In this document: piece by piece, positions 23,587-39,054 of the stretch | How positions within the stretch are numbered: position 1 is the first letter of the stretch | How the letters are laid out: each line of letters begins with the position of its first letter | Assembly: GCA_964016885.1 (NCBI GenBank) | Contig: OZ024740.1 | Location: 174,592,001 to 174,656,000, forward strand | Direction: 5' to 3' | Source of the DNA: Eledone cirrhosa | Taxonomy: Eukaryota | Length of the DNA: 64,000 nt | Translations under genes and position numbers: made by a program | Notes under the pieces: model-generated | The model's input: the letters and a program-made list of their open reading frames with translations, nothing else | Databases searched by the model: none | Told to the model about the DNA's origin: nothing

Positions 23587-26500
23587 CTAGTGATTTAGAC
23601 CAATTTGCATCTGCCAAGATAGATATTGTAAATACAGACAAGACTTTTATATGTCTATGCGTATTGTGTTAGACAGCATTAGAACATCGGATTCAAAGCT
23701 TTGCGTCATTCGTTCCGGCTGCCTACGTTCTAATTTCAAATCACTCTTGCCTTCTCTGAAGAAATAGGTTGTGTTCATTTCTGAAGAGGGGGTGGACTCT
23801 GCCAGGTTTTAAATGCCCAAGTTTGTGACTACGGTGACTCCACAAGAGTTACAATTGGAGAAGTCAGTATTGCTCTTGTTATTCACGAGTCGAGAAAAAT
23901 GCCTAGTTGAAGCTATTTCGACTTCTAGTTGAAGTATTTTTGCTTCAGACACATTATTATTGTTCTGTTTGGAACTCAAACATCTCACAACTCTTTATTT
24001 ATCTTCCCTGGTTTCTTGGCTCGTTAAATACATTTAAACGTAGAACAATATACCAAATGCGCTTTCCGCTATATTTTTGCAGTAAATACATAAAGAAGCG
24101 GAGTAAAAGCCGAATTGTCAATAATGTAGTTCCAGAGCGGGGGTCTAATTAAGAATGGTTTCCCACCAGCACCTATATTTAAACTCTTTCCTCTTAATTC
24201 ATATTACTGCTCCATTAATAATTGGCTGAATGCCTTAGTTGTTAGTCCCATCTAATTATTTTTAAAGAGACGAGAGAATTCTTCTTAGAACAAAGTATGG
24301 AGTAAGTGATCTACAGAAAAACTTTCAGACAGCATTTTATTATAATATATGGGCAGGATGAACAGTGGAGATTGCGAATACTTTTTTATTTTTATTTTTC
24401 TGAGAAAATTCAAGTCAGGTAGAAAGGTAAAATAGCATTGGGTATAATTCAAAATCTGATAGCGAATGCTGGCGCCAAAATATCAATCTTATGTCCAGAA
24501 TTAAGTCTGGCATCGATCAATCTGTAATTGTGACCATTGAATGAGTTTACTCAAGAAAGTCTTCACGTGTTTTACTTAAATCATTTTAATATTGATTTCT
24601 TACCAAATCTAAAAGAGTGTTAAGAAGGTTATACAATATCACAACCATTCTCCCATTAAATTAATGTATTTCTGGTAAAGTAAGAAATCAACATTGATTT
24701 ATAACATAGACACAAACTACTCAGGTAAACGGGATGAGATTCCATAATTTGTCACGTAGATTTAAAATTAAGTTTTTCGTAACCCAAGTCGGCAAGCTGG
24801 TCTCGATTTGCAGTTACAATTATTTCATTTCACCTACGCTAATATTCCTTTCGGAAAAAAAGGAAAGGAAAAGGAAGGGCAGGGAAAAGAGCCCATCGGC
24901 AGATCAGACCAAGTAAATTAGATTTCCATTGGCCTTTCTATTGCTGGTAATATAGGTCGGCTGCAACTTCTATAAGTGTCATCTCTTCACTAGTGACATG
25001 AGGCGGGATTTGAATGCACAGGGTCATAACATATATCGACTCTTTAAGAATTTCACCAATCCACCGCCCATGGACTTGTAATTTATTTATCGATTCCATA
25101 AGTAGACATCCAGGAATAAGCATGTTAGCACGGACCATACGTTTAAGCTTTCATCCCAGGGTGTTTTCCATAGTCTTTTGTTCAAGAGACTATTACTCAG
25201 ACCACTCTATAATTGGAGACAAGTCGATGAAAAGATCCCTATTAATTTCAAATTCATATATAGCATACAGCAAAGCTAAAACAAAAATCAATATAGTATT
25301 TTTAAATATTTTCTTCAGACATTCATTTCCAAGTTTAGAAAAATATAAATAACTTCCACTCAACTTATTAATATAACATTTTATGTGGCGTAAATATTAA
25401 AATGTGTGTGGATTTAAGGCATATTTTATTTTAGAAAACTACACTAACTGCTTCAGAATAATAAATTTGCGTTTTTGTAAAGTATGCTAGCAGCTGGTGT
25501 AAAACACTCTTCAATATTTTCCATGGCAAGATTTTTTTTTTTTTTTTCGAAGACTCTCCACATTTCAGCCTGCTCCTATAACATTTGGCAAAACGAAATA
25601 TGAACAAAATAGAATAGAAATATAATGGAAAATCTCATGAAATGGAAGAAGAGACTGTTTTGCTTTCCTGGTGTTTATTTTGATGCGTACATATTAGATA
25701 ACTTCTTTAGTTTTGTCGAATTTATTCATCTTTGTCTTTTATGAAAGAGCTTCTTTATGTTTAACCCAAAGGCTGTAGAATCGAAACTAGGTGACTGATT
25801 TCTCTCCACCGAAATCATATTGACCAGAACGCCGAACGCCATCTTGACGAAAATGATGATTATTACTTGATTGTCTTATTGGAGATGAGAATGGGATTTC
25901 TGGATTTTTAAAACAGGCTTAATTCTTTCTCGATGGGGAAGAACAATTTTTACAAGGATAAGCTCATGGAATCGTCTCCAAAAATTTCAGTCGCACATTT
26001 TAAGATTAAGATTGATTCTAATTTGAAAAGAGTAAAAACATCGGAAGTTCATCTTAAATGTTTGCCAATATATTCTTAAAAATGCATTTAAGAATTATTT
26101 TTCTAAAACTGAAAACCAGTTTTATCAATTTAAAGATGATGTTACAATAGCAATTCTGAGATGATTGAATCGATACCAACTGTTTACTAGACTGAGTATA
26201 ATAGTCTCAAAAGAAAAGTTAATGCAGATGGTGGTTTAAATCAAAGTAGTGAGAAGTTCAGCTTTCAATGTAGTAGATCATTCAGCACATTTGAAAAACA
26301 CACTGTTACTTGTTCTGAATCAATTCAGATAGCGAATACTGGCAAGTGCCGTGGAGCATGATGTAGGCTCCCAGTCAATAGAATTTGCTATCGTATTTCA
26401 CTTGACATCATTGATGTCTTTGAGACTTTCGTGAAGAATAGAATATTTAATTTTGCCCTTAACTAATATAAATTGATAATATCAGCCTGATCATGCACAC

Positions 26501-29200
26501 ATTTAGCATGAATTAAATGCTGTGGGACAAGTGTCTCTTCCCGCAAGTCAAGATCGCAACTTGATTTATATTCCTAGTTGATGTTCTTTCACTTTATTTC
26601 ATTTAAGTTTATGCTTTCTAGATCAACCTCAATGTAATGAAAATATCTTTTGTTTTCTTTGCTAGTCTCTAACCGAGGACGCAGTATAGCCGAATGGTAA
26701 ATGAATAATTAGGTCCCGGATTCGATCCAACTGTGTTGAATCTTGAGAAAATATCGACCATTGCTCTGTGAGTGAAATTGAGTAGGCGGAAGCTCGTAGG
26801 ATGAACTGCTTGATAACGCTAGCCAATTTGAACTAAATATACTGTCGATCAGAGGGTCTACTACACAGTTTTCATCTATACATTTTGAGTCGAGCTGTAG
26901 TTGTGTTAGAAGACACTTTATCCAAGGTGCTGCGGAGTAGAAATCCAACACAGTTCGTCATTATTACTAAACACTTTTTAATCATTCAGACACGAACTAA
27001 TACCCTCTCAACAAACTTAACCTGGTTGTTTATAATTAGTTTCGAAATAATAATGGAACACTTAGTTGGAGTTAAAAGTTATCATTGAAAAGACACCTTG
27101 TTATTTCATTTTTGTTGACTATTTTCTTATTTAAATTAAAACCGAAAAAATTGCTTAAGGGCACTAAAATTCTTACCAGCGGATTATTTAATTTTTTTCC
27201 TGTGATTTTGTTTACCAAATAACCAAAAATGCCCTAGTTAAATTGTGCTGAATGATACTGTGTGGAAATTCATCGAATGGAGTGTGTAAGTAATTAATGC
27301 AAAAGGCTAGATTTATCACACAGTGTCACATTGATTATATCTGAAGGTTTCAAGTGTCTATGGAATACTCAACCATTTACACTATAATTCAATGAAGAAT
27401 GATTAACACATGAAAATATTAAGATATGAAAAATAATCATGAACAACAAATTTAGCGATTCTTAATGTTTATTTATCACAGATAATTATGATGAATCTAA
27501 TATCAAGCTGTCTAAATGGTATCGATTAGTCTGTCAGTCAACCAGTTTATTATGACGTTATGCATTCTTTTAATGTATTGATACTTAAGCACAAAGCTGA
27601 AATTCTTTTGTCGAAGAAATAATGAGTTTGTGTAATTTTGATGCTTTTGTCGCGGCATTGCCATAGCATCAGGAACTAAGTGAAATGAAATTAACAATTA
27701 CAGCCATCAATTGAAACTGGGTTGCAGAAACACAAAGCTAGGAGCTTACTTTTACCCAAAGCCAGCCTTCTCTTTTACCTATCTCTGAGGTGTTTCTTGA
27801 CCTCGTTTAAGTTCAATTGTTTTGTAATTAAAAAATATAGTTAATTGAATCTATATTGGTTTAATAGGAGATCTTATTTTACAAACCCCGAAAAAGATGA
27901 AAAGCAAAATCTAATCCCGGCGATATTTGAACCCAGAACGAAGATATTCTAAACAAAAGGGTGGATTGTATTACCACATTTAATCTGGTATTCTGCCGTT
28001 TCTGTCAACTCGCCTGCATTTTAATCTGAATCATAAAGATTCGATGTTGTGGTCCATGTGTATCCGGTATAGGAAAGGCACACCTTATTCCTATCTATTG
28101 AAAGAAGCAACTAAAAGGGTTGGCGCCAGGAAGGGCATCCTGCTGTAAAATATTGCGTTAAAAGGAACCATATGATGAGTATGAAGTCTATCATGAAGCC
28201 TGCAAGGCTAAGCCCTGCTTTTGTGGGGAAGATAGCCTTGTTTCTTGTGTATATAGATTCGAGGTTCATGGTAACTAGAAACCTTTTAATGATTTATTCG
28301 GCTTAAATTAATGTGAATTGTTACGGCATTTTTCTTTTCAATCTGATTATTCGAACATTTTTCAGCTCAATGACACTTTTTTAAAAAGATCTAGATCACA
28401 TCCATTAATTCCTTATTAAACGTGAATAATGTCATAACCTTTGCTGGTTTAAGGACATCAGAATATGTCTAAAAATATAACTATCTATCTATCTCTTTCT
28501 CTCTTAAAAATAACTTTGATAGTCAAGAAATTATGTTGTCCAATCAAATACTTCGTTTATATCATGCAAATGAAATAAACTTAGCTAATTGTTCAACCTT
28601 TCCCATTCAGACGTCGCTCTCAGTCAAGGATTAGCTCTCTTGACAATAGACAGCGGCTTTCCATTTCATCTATTATAGTGCATGAGCAGACAGCTTATCA
28701 AAAAACAACTAATACAATACTTATCAATTATACAATTCTCTCGCTACTCGCCAATGATAAATTGTAATTCCCTTAAGGTGCCTAGTTACAGCTAAGTGAA
28801 CCGGAGTCACGTCGCTTTAACGGAAGCACAAATCGAAATCAAAATTAGTGTCTTGATGAAAACCATGAACGCCTGTGTAGAGAATCAGATAACGTGTGGC
28901 GTTCATTAGTTAGAACCTCTAAGTGGATGCTTACAGCATCTCATTTTCCCCAGGTCACTCATCTCAGTACTGACAAAAAAAAAATCGTCATAGCCATCTA
29001 ATATCTTTTAAAACAATTTTTAAATGTGGAAAATTTTTGATTTCATTTTACATTTACTACAGGCAATTTGTAGTGAAAGGACATAATCAACTAAATTGAT
29101 ATCTGCACAGGACTATGTTAATATTTTCTCAACCTGGAGTGATGTGAGACAAATCGATTTCGGTCGGGATTTGAACTTAGAACATACGGAAATAGAACTG

Positions 29201-29385
29201 AATAATTGTTTCTACTTTTGGCACAAGGCCAGCAATTACCCCAATTCATTACTTGTGCTTTATTTTATCGACCCTGTAAGGATGAAATGCAAAGTTAACC
29301 TCGATTTGAACTCAGACCGTAAAGGGCCGTAATTCCATGCTGCAAAGCATGGCGTCCGACCCTCTACCGATACTGCCAATCCACT
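29201..29385 (-). mobile_element. tRNA-derived SINE copy
   Basis: Reverse complement of the family consensus. Confidence 0.8.
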
Positions 29386-29775
29386 AAATAATGGAAAGGT
29401 ACTTAGCCAAGTATTGAACCGTTTCACATATCCTCAATACATCTCTTCTTTTTTAAGCAACTTATTTTTTGAAGATTCTAAAACATCAATAAGCAAATAA
29501 AACAATTCTGAAATTGCCCAATGAGGCCAGAAACAAGAATGTTTTGTTTTAAGATGGTAAAGAAACAGTACTAATAGAATTTATAGGCTTTGTATTTTAT
29601 ATATATTGTCAGAAAATCTTTATACATTCTGACATATTGATCCCCAATTTAGGCACAAGGTCATTAATCGACCCACTACTTGATATCGATCCCGGGCTGG
29701 AAGAAATGGAAAGTTGCTCTCGGCAGGAATTGGAACCAGAATATAAAGAACAGGAACAAATACTGTAAAGCATTT

Positions 29776-29947
29776 TACCAACTCTCTAACGGTTCTGCCA
29801 ATCTACCGCTGTTGCAAAATACTGACATAGTTGAATACCAACTCTCTAACGGTTCTGCAAATCTACCGCTGTTGCAAAATACTGACATAGTTAAATACCA
29901 ACTCTCTAACCGTTCTGCCAATCTACTGCTGTTGCAAAATACTGACA
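29776..29947. repeat. 60-bp tandem repeat x~2.9 spanning a SINE head and its flank
   Basis: taccaactctctaacggttctgccaatctaccgctgttgcaaaatactgacatagtt repeated at 29776, 29836 and 29896. Confidence 0.9.
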
Positions 29948-31412
29948 GTCAAATGGAAATGTTGAGAGTCACCTGAGAAAAGGACTAAAAAGAAAAAAAA
30001 GAGTGAAATATATTTTACAATATAATAAAATACTAAAGGAGTGAATATTATTTAAAAGATGCATGTTTAACCGTACTGGAATTGAATAGATCCCTCCGTC
30101 GGTTTCGACGACAGGTGCTTCCGTTATTCGATCAACAGCCTGTTTGTGTGGTGCAGGTGTCTAAAGATTCCACAGAAAAGTGTCACTTTAATATAAATAT
30201 CTGAGAGTTTCAGTTAAGCGCAACACAAGGCTGGACATTTGAATTAAAGGTATAGTCCATTCAACGGGCTTCTAAATAGTTTTCGTCTACCCAATTTCAC
30301 TCGCAATGCTTGGCTCGACCCAAGATGTCACATAATGGGATCGATATCACCATTTCCTGAGTGCGAAGCGAAATTCTCAAATTTTCGGTCATGCTGCATC
30401 CACTTTCACACACAACACGTACAAAATATGTAATTAAAGTACATCAATACAAATGTTTTATGCTGTCTATATATTTTTTAAGAATCGACCTGGTATTAAG
30501 GGAGATGGGGAGAGAGAGAGAGAGAGAGAGAGAGATTCGAAATTGTTCGTTGATCTGCTAGAAATAACAGTAAAATCTCCCTTAGTCACTAATCTACATT
30601 TTTTAAGGAATAAAATGAATACTCTAGTCGTATGCACAATATCACTGAATAACAAAAGCGTGATGGTCACAGTTAGACCGTCATTGATCATAGACTGTAA
30701 AACAGCAAAAAACATTTAATATTTTTAGATTATACAACGGATGCATAAATAATGTTGAGAAATGCGAGATTTAATTGTTTTTCTGTGAAAAATATATTTC
30801 TCTCGCGAATTCCTTTATATTTATTCACATATTTGAAGGGTGGTGGATTGGTGAGATCGTTGGTGCGGCGAACAAAATATTTGTGGCGTTTGTTTCGACC
30901 CTTTATATTTTAAGTTCAAATCGAGCTGAGGTTAACCTTACATTTCACCTTTTCGGGGTCAATAAAATAAAGAAACAATTGAGTAATGTGGTCAACATAA
31001 TCGACTTTCCCTTCCCCGGATTACTGGCATTGTGTCAAAATTACAAGCCATTAATTAGCATAATCGAATCACAAATGACTTAGTTATTTGCTTTATTTAT
31101 GCTAAATTCATGGTAATGACACATGCGCATGTGTTTATTCCAAAAGATGAAGGAGTGTCATGCGTACCAGATGACAATTCCTCTTCAAAATCTAATTAGG
31201 TACCAATCAACGCATACACATTCACAAACGAGTGCATGCCTTCTCCATTCTGTTCGCCGGGGCTGTGGGGAGGCCAGCAGGTGGGACCCCTTTTGCTCAC
31301 CTGACTGATATATATATATAGAGAGAGAGAGAATAAATATAAACAAGATTGGCTGACTGAAGGAGCATTGAAAATTTGAAAATAATTCGCCACATTGCAG
31401 ATAATTATAATA

Positions 31413-31600
31413 AATGTTTCTACTTTTGGCACAAGGCCAGCAATTATCCCAGTGTTTTGCTGGTATTTTATTTTCTCGACCCCGTAAGGATAAAAGGCAA
31501 AGTTAACCTCAGCGGGATTTGAACTCAGACTATAAAGGTCCGTAACTCTTTGCTGCAAAGCATGACGTCCGACACTCTACAGATACTGCCAAACCACCGC
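31413..31600 (-). mobile_element. tRNA-derived SINE copy
   Basis: Family consensus on the minus strand. A diverged plus copy lies at ~30838-31055. Confidence 0.8.
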
Positions 31601-34351
31601 AGATAATTATAATAGTTGGTAACTATAAGTGATAATTGAATAAATTGGGTAAGGTGCCCCTGAAGACGGAAAAAGTGGACACTTGCGAGTAATCGAAACA
31701 CGCATCTCTCGTATGCCGAGCGATGGCGTTTGAACATTACGTTTCCAGGGCTTACATGATTTATTCCGCAATTATTCTTAGTTGCCAACTATTTTATAGC
31801 GACCTTCATTTCGGTAAAGGAGTACATTTTCAAATATTGCTTCTCTGAGAGATTCTCTCATTGAGATGTTTAAGTATTGGAGACTAATAAACCTTTAATT
31901 AATATTAAACTGTTCCTTAATTTGTTGAGTTGTACCAGCTGCTATTTCTAGCGATATTATAAGCCTGTCACATAGTGACCTTTATTCCAGCATGCTACCT
32001 TGGCAAATGAAACAGTATGTATGTCAATTTCTCTTACCTTTTGAAGAATTAAACTCCCCTAGAGAGTATGGCGGATTCTTCAATTATTGGTGGTTCCAAT
32101 AAGAATTCTTCCCCATATGAAACCATGGTAGGGACATCTATTTATAAGCAATTTTAAATAGAATATTTTTTTTTTGTCTAACCTTTTTCTCACTTATTTT
32201 TTGTCTAACTTTTCTCACTTAATTTTGATATATAATTACATATATACGTATGTGTGTGTTTTATGCTCATGGTTTATGTCCCGTAACATACCGTTTCGAC
32301 AGAAAGATATGAACAAAATAAATACCTAACTTGAAAATAATAAGTACTGGGATTTATATGATCGACTAAATCTATTCATGGCTCTGTCCCAGCATGGCCA
32401 TATTCTAGTGGCTGAAACCATTAAAACATTAAAAGAATATGTATAGCGTAAAAAGTTGGAGACCAGCGAAACACTGTTGGTTAGTGGATAGTGACAAATT
32501 GAAGTGTGCGGGAGAGAGTAATCGTATTTAAACAGAGTCAGATATAGCGACACAGTTGGGAATATATATGTCAAAAGTAACCCATGAGACCAATCAGATT
32601 AAAAGCGGTCTTTAATTGACTTAAAGTCCTGGCTTTCACTAACAGAAGTGTCAGAGACGATAGACTACAAACTATTTATAGCAACAGCAGGGAGGAGCTG
32701 CAGAATCTTTCGTGAAGATTTAAGCATTTCTGTCGTTAATTCTATAGGATGAAATTAACACATTCTTCTCGTTCCACTACCACTCCACTCCTTGGTAGTA
32801 CCATAAAAAACATAAATCCACATACGTGCATTGCTTTGAGAACAATCTAAATAACTTAAGTGCATAAATTATGAGAACAGTGTTTCAAACATTTTTTGTT
32901 TTTGTTTTTTATGAGTGTAACGAAACCTCTTAATTGTTCTACTAATACGAGTAGAATCACGCGACACAGAGTCTGTATGTAGATTTAGTAGTTTGATCGG
33001 TTTGCTGTGTAGCTGTAGTATAATGTTTTAGAATGAGTCTGGATAGACAAGCCAAGGAGATTTTCAAGAATCTTAATACGTTCAACCACGGGGTCATTTC
33101 GTGTGTCTTTTATCAAGGTTAAGTGTCTAACAGTTATAATAACTCTCGATCACTGGAAAAATGAATTTAAGCATATTTGAGGACTTGATACCAATGATTC
33201 AACTCTTTCGGACCGAATGGTCTTCCTTATTATTCATGTATCTTACCAACTGTACATTTCCGAGTGTAGGAAGACAGATTGGCATGCTAATTTCTGTAGT
33301 TGTTTTTTCCCTTTGAATAAAGGCGAAAAGACGTTTATAAGGATGGCACCGAAAATAAGATGTTATGCCTGAGAATCTATTTCTAAGATGGGAGGCGAAT
33401 TTACGGGTGAGGTCAACGGCTAGGGTCCCCCCCCCCCCTCCCGTAGTCTGCTTTCTTTGCGGAGAGAAGAGATTCCGGTTATGAATGAGTCCTGAATGTT
33501 TTCATCTCTGAATATGTCAACCATGAGGCTTTTGAAATCACATATGATTTGAAGTCGTAGAATGAAACAACCGGAATAAATTTTGAAATAAGAGTCGTCT
33601 GGAGCAGAACTTGGACATAAGAACTGTTTGGTAGAGCAATGTGTGTTCCATTCAGAATATAATTCCACGTCGAAAACACTACTCCATTGGAACCAATTCC
33701 CAGACAAAATGTGTAGTTTCATACCACTTAATAATAAAAGATCAATGCTTAAAGACGCGTGAAACCTGAGGAGCTGTCGATACCTCATGGAGTCTTTCAA
33801 GTAGTTCATGTTCCATATCAGGCCTTGATTAACTAAAGGTTTTACTCTCGGAGATGTTAGTTTGAAAAGTGGATATAGCAGTAACAGTAAACAGCAACTG
33901 CAGAATATCTTAGAAATTCAAGCATCTCTGGTGGTTTCTAATTTAAGTACAAAGTCGGGGAAAATTCGAGTAAATCGATCCCGGAAGGATGAAAGGCAAA
34001 GTTGTGATTTGAACTCAGATACTGCAAAACATTTTGAACGAATGTACCAATTTACCACACTTTTTAGTGTTGTTATAATACTCTCAAGAATGATGGATTG
34101 GCAGAGTCGCTAGAGTGTCGGACGATACTTAACAGCATCTCTTTACTATCTTAGTTCAAATCCCACTTGGGTCACCTTTGCCTTTCATCCTTCCAAGTTT
34201 GACAAAATAAAATACTAATGAGGTAAATGGCTCAATATAATCGACTTTCCCTTCTCCATAAATTTGTTGGCCTTGTGCCAAAATTAGAAACCATCAAAAT
34301 ACCTTTAAAAATTGCGGCGGATTTGCACAATTATTAGGGCTTCAGACATAG

Positions 34352-34983
34352 TTCTTCTTCTTCTTCTTCTTCTTCTTCTACAGCCATCTTGCACGGATCT
34401 ACCCCTGGGTCTCCTGCCTTTGGTGTTGTCCGTAAAATCTGTCCAGCAATTCTTTCCTGAGACATTCTAACCTCATGCCCATAGGATAGATCGGAGTTGT
34501 GATCTCTTAATTCGAAGAAATAGCGGCTCTACCTGGAGTGACTATCTGAGCTCAAAGCTACGTGACTATCGAGTAACGTTACTCCAAAGACTCTTCGAAG
34601 GAACCCCATTTTGGCCGCTGGTATTCGCGATCATATTCTTTCGGTCGTTACCCAACATTCAATAGGTAAGAGTTGGCACGAATACCGAATTAAAGACAGC
34701 GAGTTTGGCTTTTACACCTAAATTTCTTCTTCTGATTACCGAATGCTGAAGCTGGTACATTACTGCACCAGCTCCTGCAATTCTTGCATTTAATTCAGCC
34801 TCCTGCCTTCCATCACTCGTAAACACGGCCCCGAGATACTTGAACTTCTCCACCCGCTTCAGTGGAACTCGATTCACATGTAGAGTGCACTTCGCAGGCT
34901 TCCTTGGGAGGACGATTGTTCACAGTTTTTGCAGCCCTGATTCCAGTCATGCAGCAGTCGGCATCAAATCTATCAAGTGCAAG
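34352..34983 (-). mobile_element. RTE-clade LINE 3' fragment with (GAA)n tail
   Basis: VEKFKYLGAVFTSDGRQEAELNARI...KAKLAVFNSVFVPTLTY, with (TTC)n at 34352-34378. Confidence 0.8.
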
Positions 34984-36341
34984 TCGGACATAGCTCTAGA
35001 ATTCAAATTTTGCCGAGAACAACATTGCTTTCATTCTACAGAGATCGATAAAATAAAATACCAGTCAAATACAAGGATCAATATAATCAACTGTTCACCC
35101 CTCCTAAAAATTCTGCCTTTGTGCCTATTTTAGAAATGATTGGAATAGCAATAAAATATCGCAAAACGTTAGTAGTGGAAGAGTGATTCGGGAAAGGAGT
35201 AATGAATTTATCAGAGGTAGATATAGGAATGTTGAGAGTGTGTAAACATATGTTTATATGTATCTAAATACCAACAAGGGAAACTAGTATCTTTTTTAAT
35301 ATGATGTTTATTGATGTCAACGCTGACTAAGGAGACCTATGATCAAAGGTATTCAATTCGTGGCCTTCCTGTCTTTTTAGAGGTAACTAGGACTACAATA
35401 TTTAATGTCTCTTGTTAATGTAGCATGACCGAATGGTTAAGGAGTTCGTTTCGAAATCTTAAGGCCCCCCCCCCCCCCAATTCGATCCTATTTTATGGCA
35501 ATTTGTACAAGTCTCTTTACCGTAGCCTCCCGTTGACCAAAGTCTTGTGAATGAAATTTGGTAGACCAAACTGTATGAAAGCTGGTCGTGTAGATTCTAT
35601 CTATAATTCAAAGGTCCGGTATTGTCGGATATTGGGGATTAAGTTAAGGTTACACGCATCTGTGGAATACTAAGCCACTTGCACACGTTAATTCACGAGT
35701 TGGATGTTTTGTTGATCGAATAACTGAATGCTCATTGTCGAAACCGACAGATAATCCATCATTTAATGTAACTTAAAAATAAGATTTGATGTGATTTGAA
35801 GGATATTTTGGTGCTATTTACAGCAAGTCGAGCGACAACATTGAAATTGATGGGTCATGCAGTTACACAGAGCATGATGTCAAATTTTATGGAGACACTC
35901 TCATCCTGTTTCACTTATGTATAATACATTGCAAAGTTTACAAGTAGATTAAGTTGACTGAATTGCAACCAGAGTTTTGAGGGACTTGTTATGATTGTGG
36001 TGTTTGAGATGAAGAATCAAGTGGGGAATTTGCGACGAGAGCATTCAGAGGTACTTCGCTGATTTTAACTGCAATTAAGACCTTCTACCAGAACTTTTGT
36101 GAATAATCCTCACCATTCACCCGGGTACCCTCTCATTAAAATGCACAGCCCTCTATAACTTGTTTTCTACTCCTTGGCCTTATAGCCACTCATCTCTCCC
36201 ATGACAAGTAGCAATAGGATCCGAACAATTAGTATTCGCTACGCATTTTCACTTCCCCAATGTAGCCATTCCATATCATTTACGTCTTTAGTGTATTCAA
36301 AGACATCAATATCATATAATTGCATTTCCGCTACCATAAAT

Positions 36342-36788
36342 AATGGTTTCTTATATAGCCACAAGGCCAGCAATTTTGGGGGGAGGGGAAAGTCAATTAA
36401 ATCAACCCCAGTGCATGACTTTATTTTATCGACCCCGTAAGGATGAAAGGCAAAGTTAGCCTCGGCGGGATTTGAACTCAGAGCCGTAACTCTATGCTGC
36501 AAAGCATAGTGTCTGACGCTCTACCGATACTGCCAATCCACCGCCGCTTCATCATAAATAATGAGGTTGTATGCCGTGGTGGATTAGCAGAGTTGTTAAA
36601 GCGCCAAGTAAATGAGTAGCAGTATTTGTCATGAGTTCAAGTCCTACCGAGAACAATGTTTCCTTTCATCCTTCCGGGGTCAATAAAATAAAATATCAGT
36701 CATGTACTGGGGTTGATTTAAACTATACACCCCCATCCCCTCAAAAGAAAATAATGACTGACCTTGTGCCTAAAGTAGAAATTACAAT
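36342..36788. mobile_element. Head-to-head pair of tRNA-derived SINEs (36342-36546 minus, ~36577-36788 plus)
   Basis: Both carry the cctttcatcctt(a/c)cggggtc core, in opposite orientations. Confidence 0.75.
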
Positions 36789-37866
36789 TACGTTGTTCAG
36801 TGTCGTATAATAGTGTTTAAGCTCTTTATGATCGCATTTTCCACGTGGTTTAGATGTATTTAAATATCATTTCACTTCGCCGTGTTCAAGTAAAAATAGA
36901 ACTATTATTTTCTTTGGAGTTATTTAAAAACGGAAGACATAATTGTCAAGGATGACGAACCATTTAGGCTAATAAATCGTGGTGATTTTTGCTTGGATTC
37001 TTATTGAAACACTGAAAGTTATGTGCTTTGAATTAAATAGCTGTACAGAAAATAGTTACGTCATAGATCAATCCATACAAGAGGAGGAACGTTTCGCTCC
37101 TAAATACTTGTAGCAGTACGTGAAAGAATCAACTTACTAATAAATTAACAGTAACAACAGCAGCATAATCGATAATAACCGTAATCACAGAAGAGTAATC
37201 GAGTCAAACAAACGTTCTCTCTTTAAAACGCTTTCAGTTAATCCACGCCAAACATTTATTATATCCATTGCAAGTTTAATTATATTCGTCAAGACTGACA
37301 TACGTAGATCTAAGCCCTGCAAGCCTGTGCAGGTTGTTTGACCACGTTCATGATTAGTTACAATAACTTCATCTGCATTCAGACTAGTTATCTTTGTGAG
37401 GTAATATATCGTCACTATGAAAGTATGATATATATTCTGTTAATCTATGCAGCAGATAACTAATTATAAATTATTTGTTTTCGGACGACAATAGTTCTTT
37501 TGTATCGGCACCGAATAAGAATAATATTCCTTCCAGCCAACAAAATCATCTGCCCACCTCCCAAAGACATTGTTATGACTGCAATGTGTGAAAGACACGT
37601 CCAGAAGCTTTTAAAACGAAGAACCGATTATGTAAAGTAAATGTCTCTCTCTGTCTCTTAGGTCCCACTGCATGACATCTCTGTTGATCAAATGTGTACT
37701 CTTGTACAATCGCACATGTTCTCTTGTTTGCACAACTCACACACTAGTACACAGCAATGTCCGCAGGCATATATATATAATATATATATAGGTATGTATG
37801 TAAGCATGCATATATATATATATATATGTGTGTGTGTACATACATGCATGCATACATACATACATA

Positions 37867-38340
37867 GGAGAATATTTATGCAGAACTGATGAGAAATCTG
37901 CAGATACACCACCCTGATTACACCTTCATATTTATGCCTGTGATTATTGGGGCACTGGGATATGTTAGTAACTGCCTCAATACAAATCTTGAGAAGCTAG
38001 GCTTCACAGGAACAGAAAGAACACGAATAGTTAGGAAATTACAAGTACAATCCATTAATGGAACAGTAAAAATATGTAAAACATTCCAAATATGTTGCAT
38101 CTTTGTACAGATAAATATGTTGCATCTTTGTACAGATACAAAGCATATACACATGCACACATACAACTCAAAACATACACATCCACACATACAATAACAT
38201 CCATATCTACACATGCATGCATACATACATATCTACCTAGTTGATGTTGTGTAAATTCCAATGAGAGAGTCTTGTGTCTATGTTAGAAACCGACACTCTC
38301 TCTATTAGTAAAACTTTGTGAAATTATAAAACCAGAAGAA
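37867..38340 (+). mobile_element. R4/Dong-like 3' fragment in (CATA)n
   Basis: Near-identical to 19010-19477, with cata repeats on both sides. Confidence 0.9.
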
Positions 38341-38419
38341 CGAACATACATACATACATACATACATACATACATACATACATACATACATACATACATA
38401 CATACATACATACATACAT

Positions 38420-39028
38420 GGTGGCTGCCAACTCGTTTTCGAGTACGGCCACTACTTTATATCCATGTAGGAGAACTCCTACTGATGCGCTGAACGAGTG
38501 TGACTTTTTAGTCCAGCCAGCGACTTGAAAACTCTGGTACAAACACTACACTTGTGACAATTATTGACACATAGTGCTGGGCCCATGGTACCATGTGGCG
38601 ACAAGTGCAGAGAGATCTCCAGATATAAAGCAATGCCTGTGCCGTGAAGCTTTTATAGTGAACAAAGGCACTGCACAAAGCTAGTCCCACTCTCTTAACC
38701 AAGATGATATTTTCCAAAAAGAAGAACATGTAAACATCATTGGATACCATCAGAGTTGCAGGTGTTATATCAGAGTTTTCCTTCTCCTAGAATTCTGCCT
38801 TGACAAAGGCTAAGGGGTCATCTCTCTCGGTGATTTTGGATGGCCATTGACTCTTAAGAGCTCCTTTGCTCTTTTGACAGGTTTTGTTTTTAGTCCTGCA
38901 GGATGTCCAAAGTCACCCTCCTCACCAAGAAACCTTGGTGGGGTTGCCAGTTTAGTCGCCAACGACCCGACCATGAGACAGGTTGTACTGGGATACATGT
39001 TACCAGTAGCACCAACTGGTGACCTGAC
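38420..39028 (-). mobile_element. Apparently full-length RTE-derived family A element
   Basis: Reverse complement of 13068-13658 with an extra 5' gtcaggtcac that is shared with the copy ending at 14910. Inserted in (CATA)n. Confidence 0.8.
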
Positions 39029-39054
39029 ATACATACATACATACATACATACAT

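Noticed and set aside
31655-31710. CTGAAGA...GAAAC hammerhead-like spacing
   Set aside because: No NUH triplet with a complementary stem I.
33150-33810. 129-aa minus-strand ORF faintly resembling a MULE transposase (IICDFK)
   Set aside because: Catalytic motifs are not convincingly present; too weak to call by eye.
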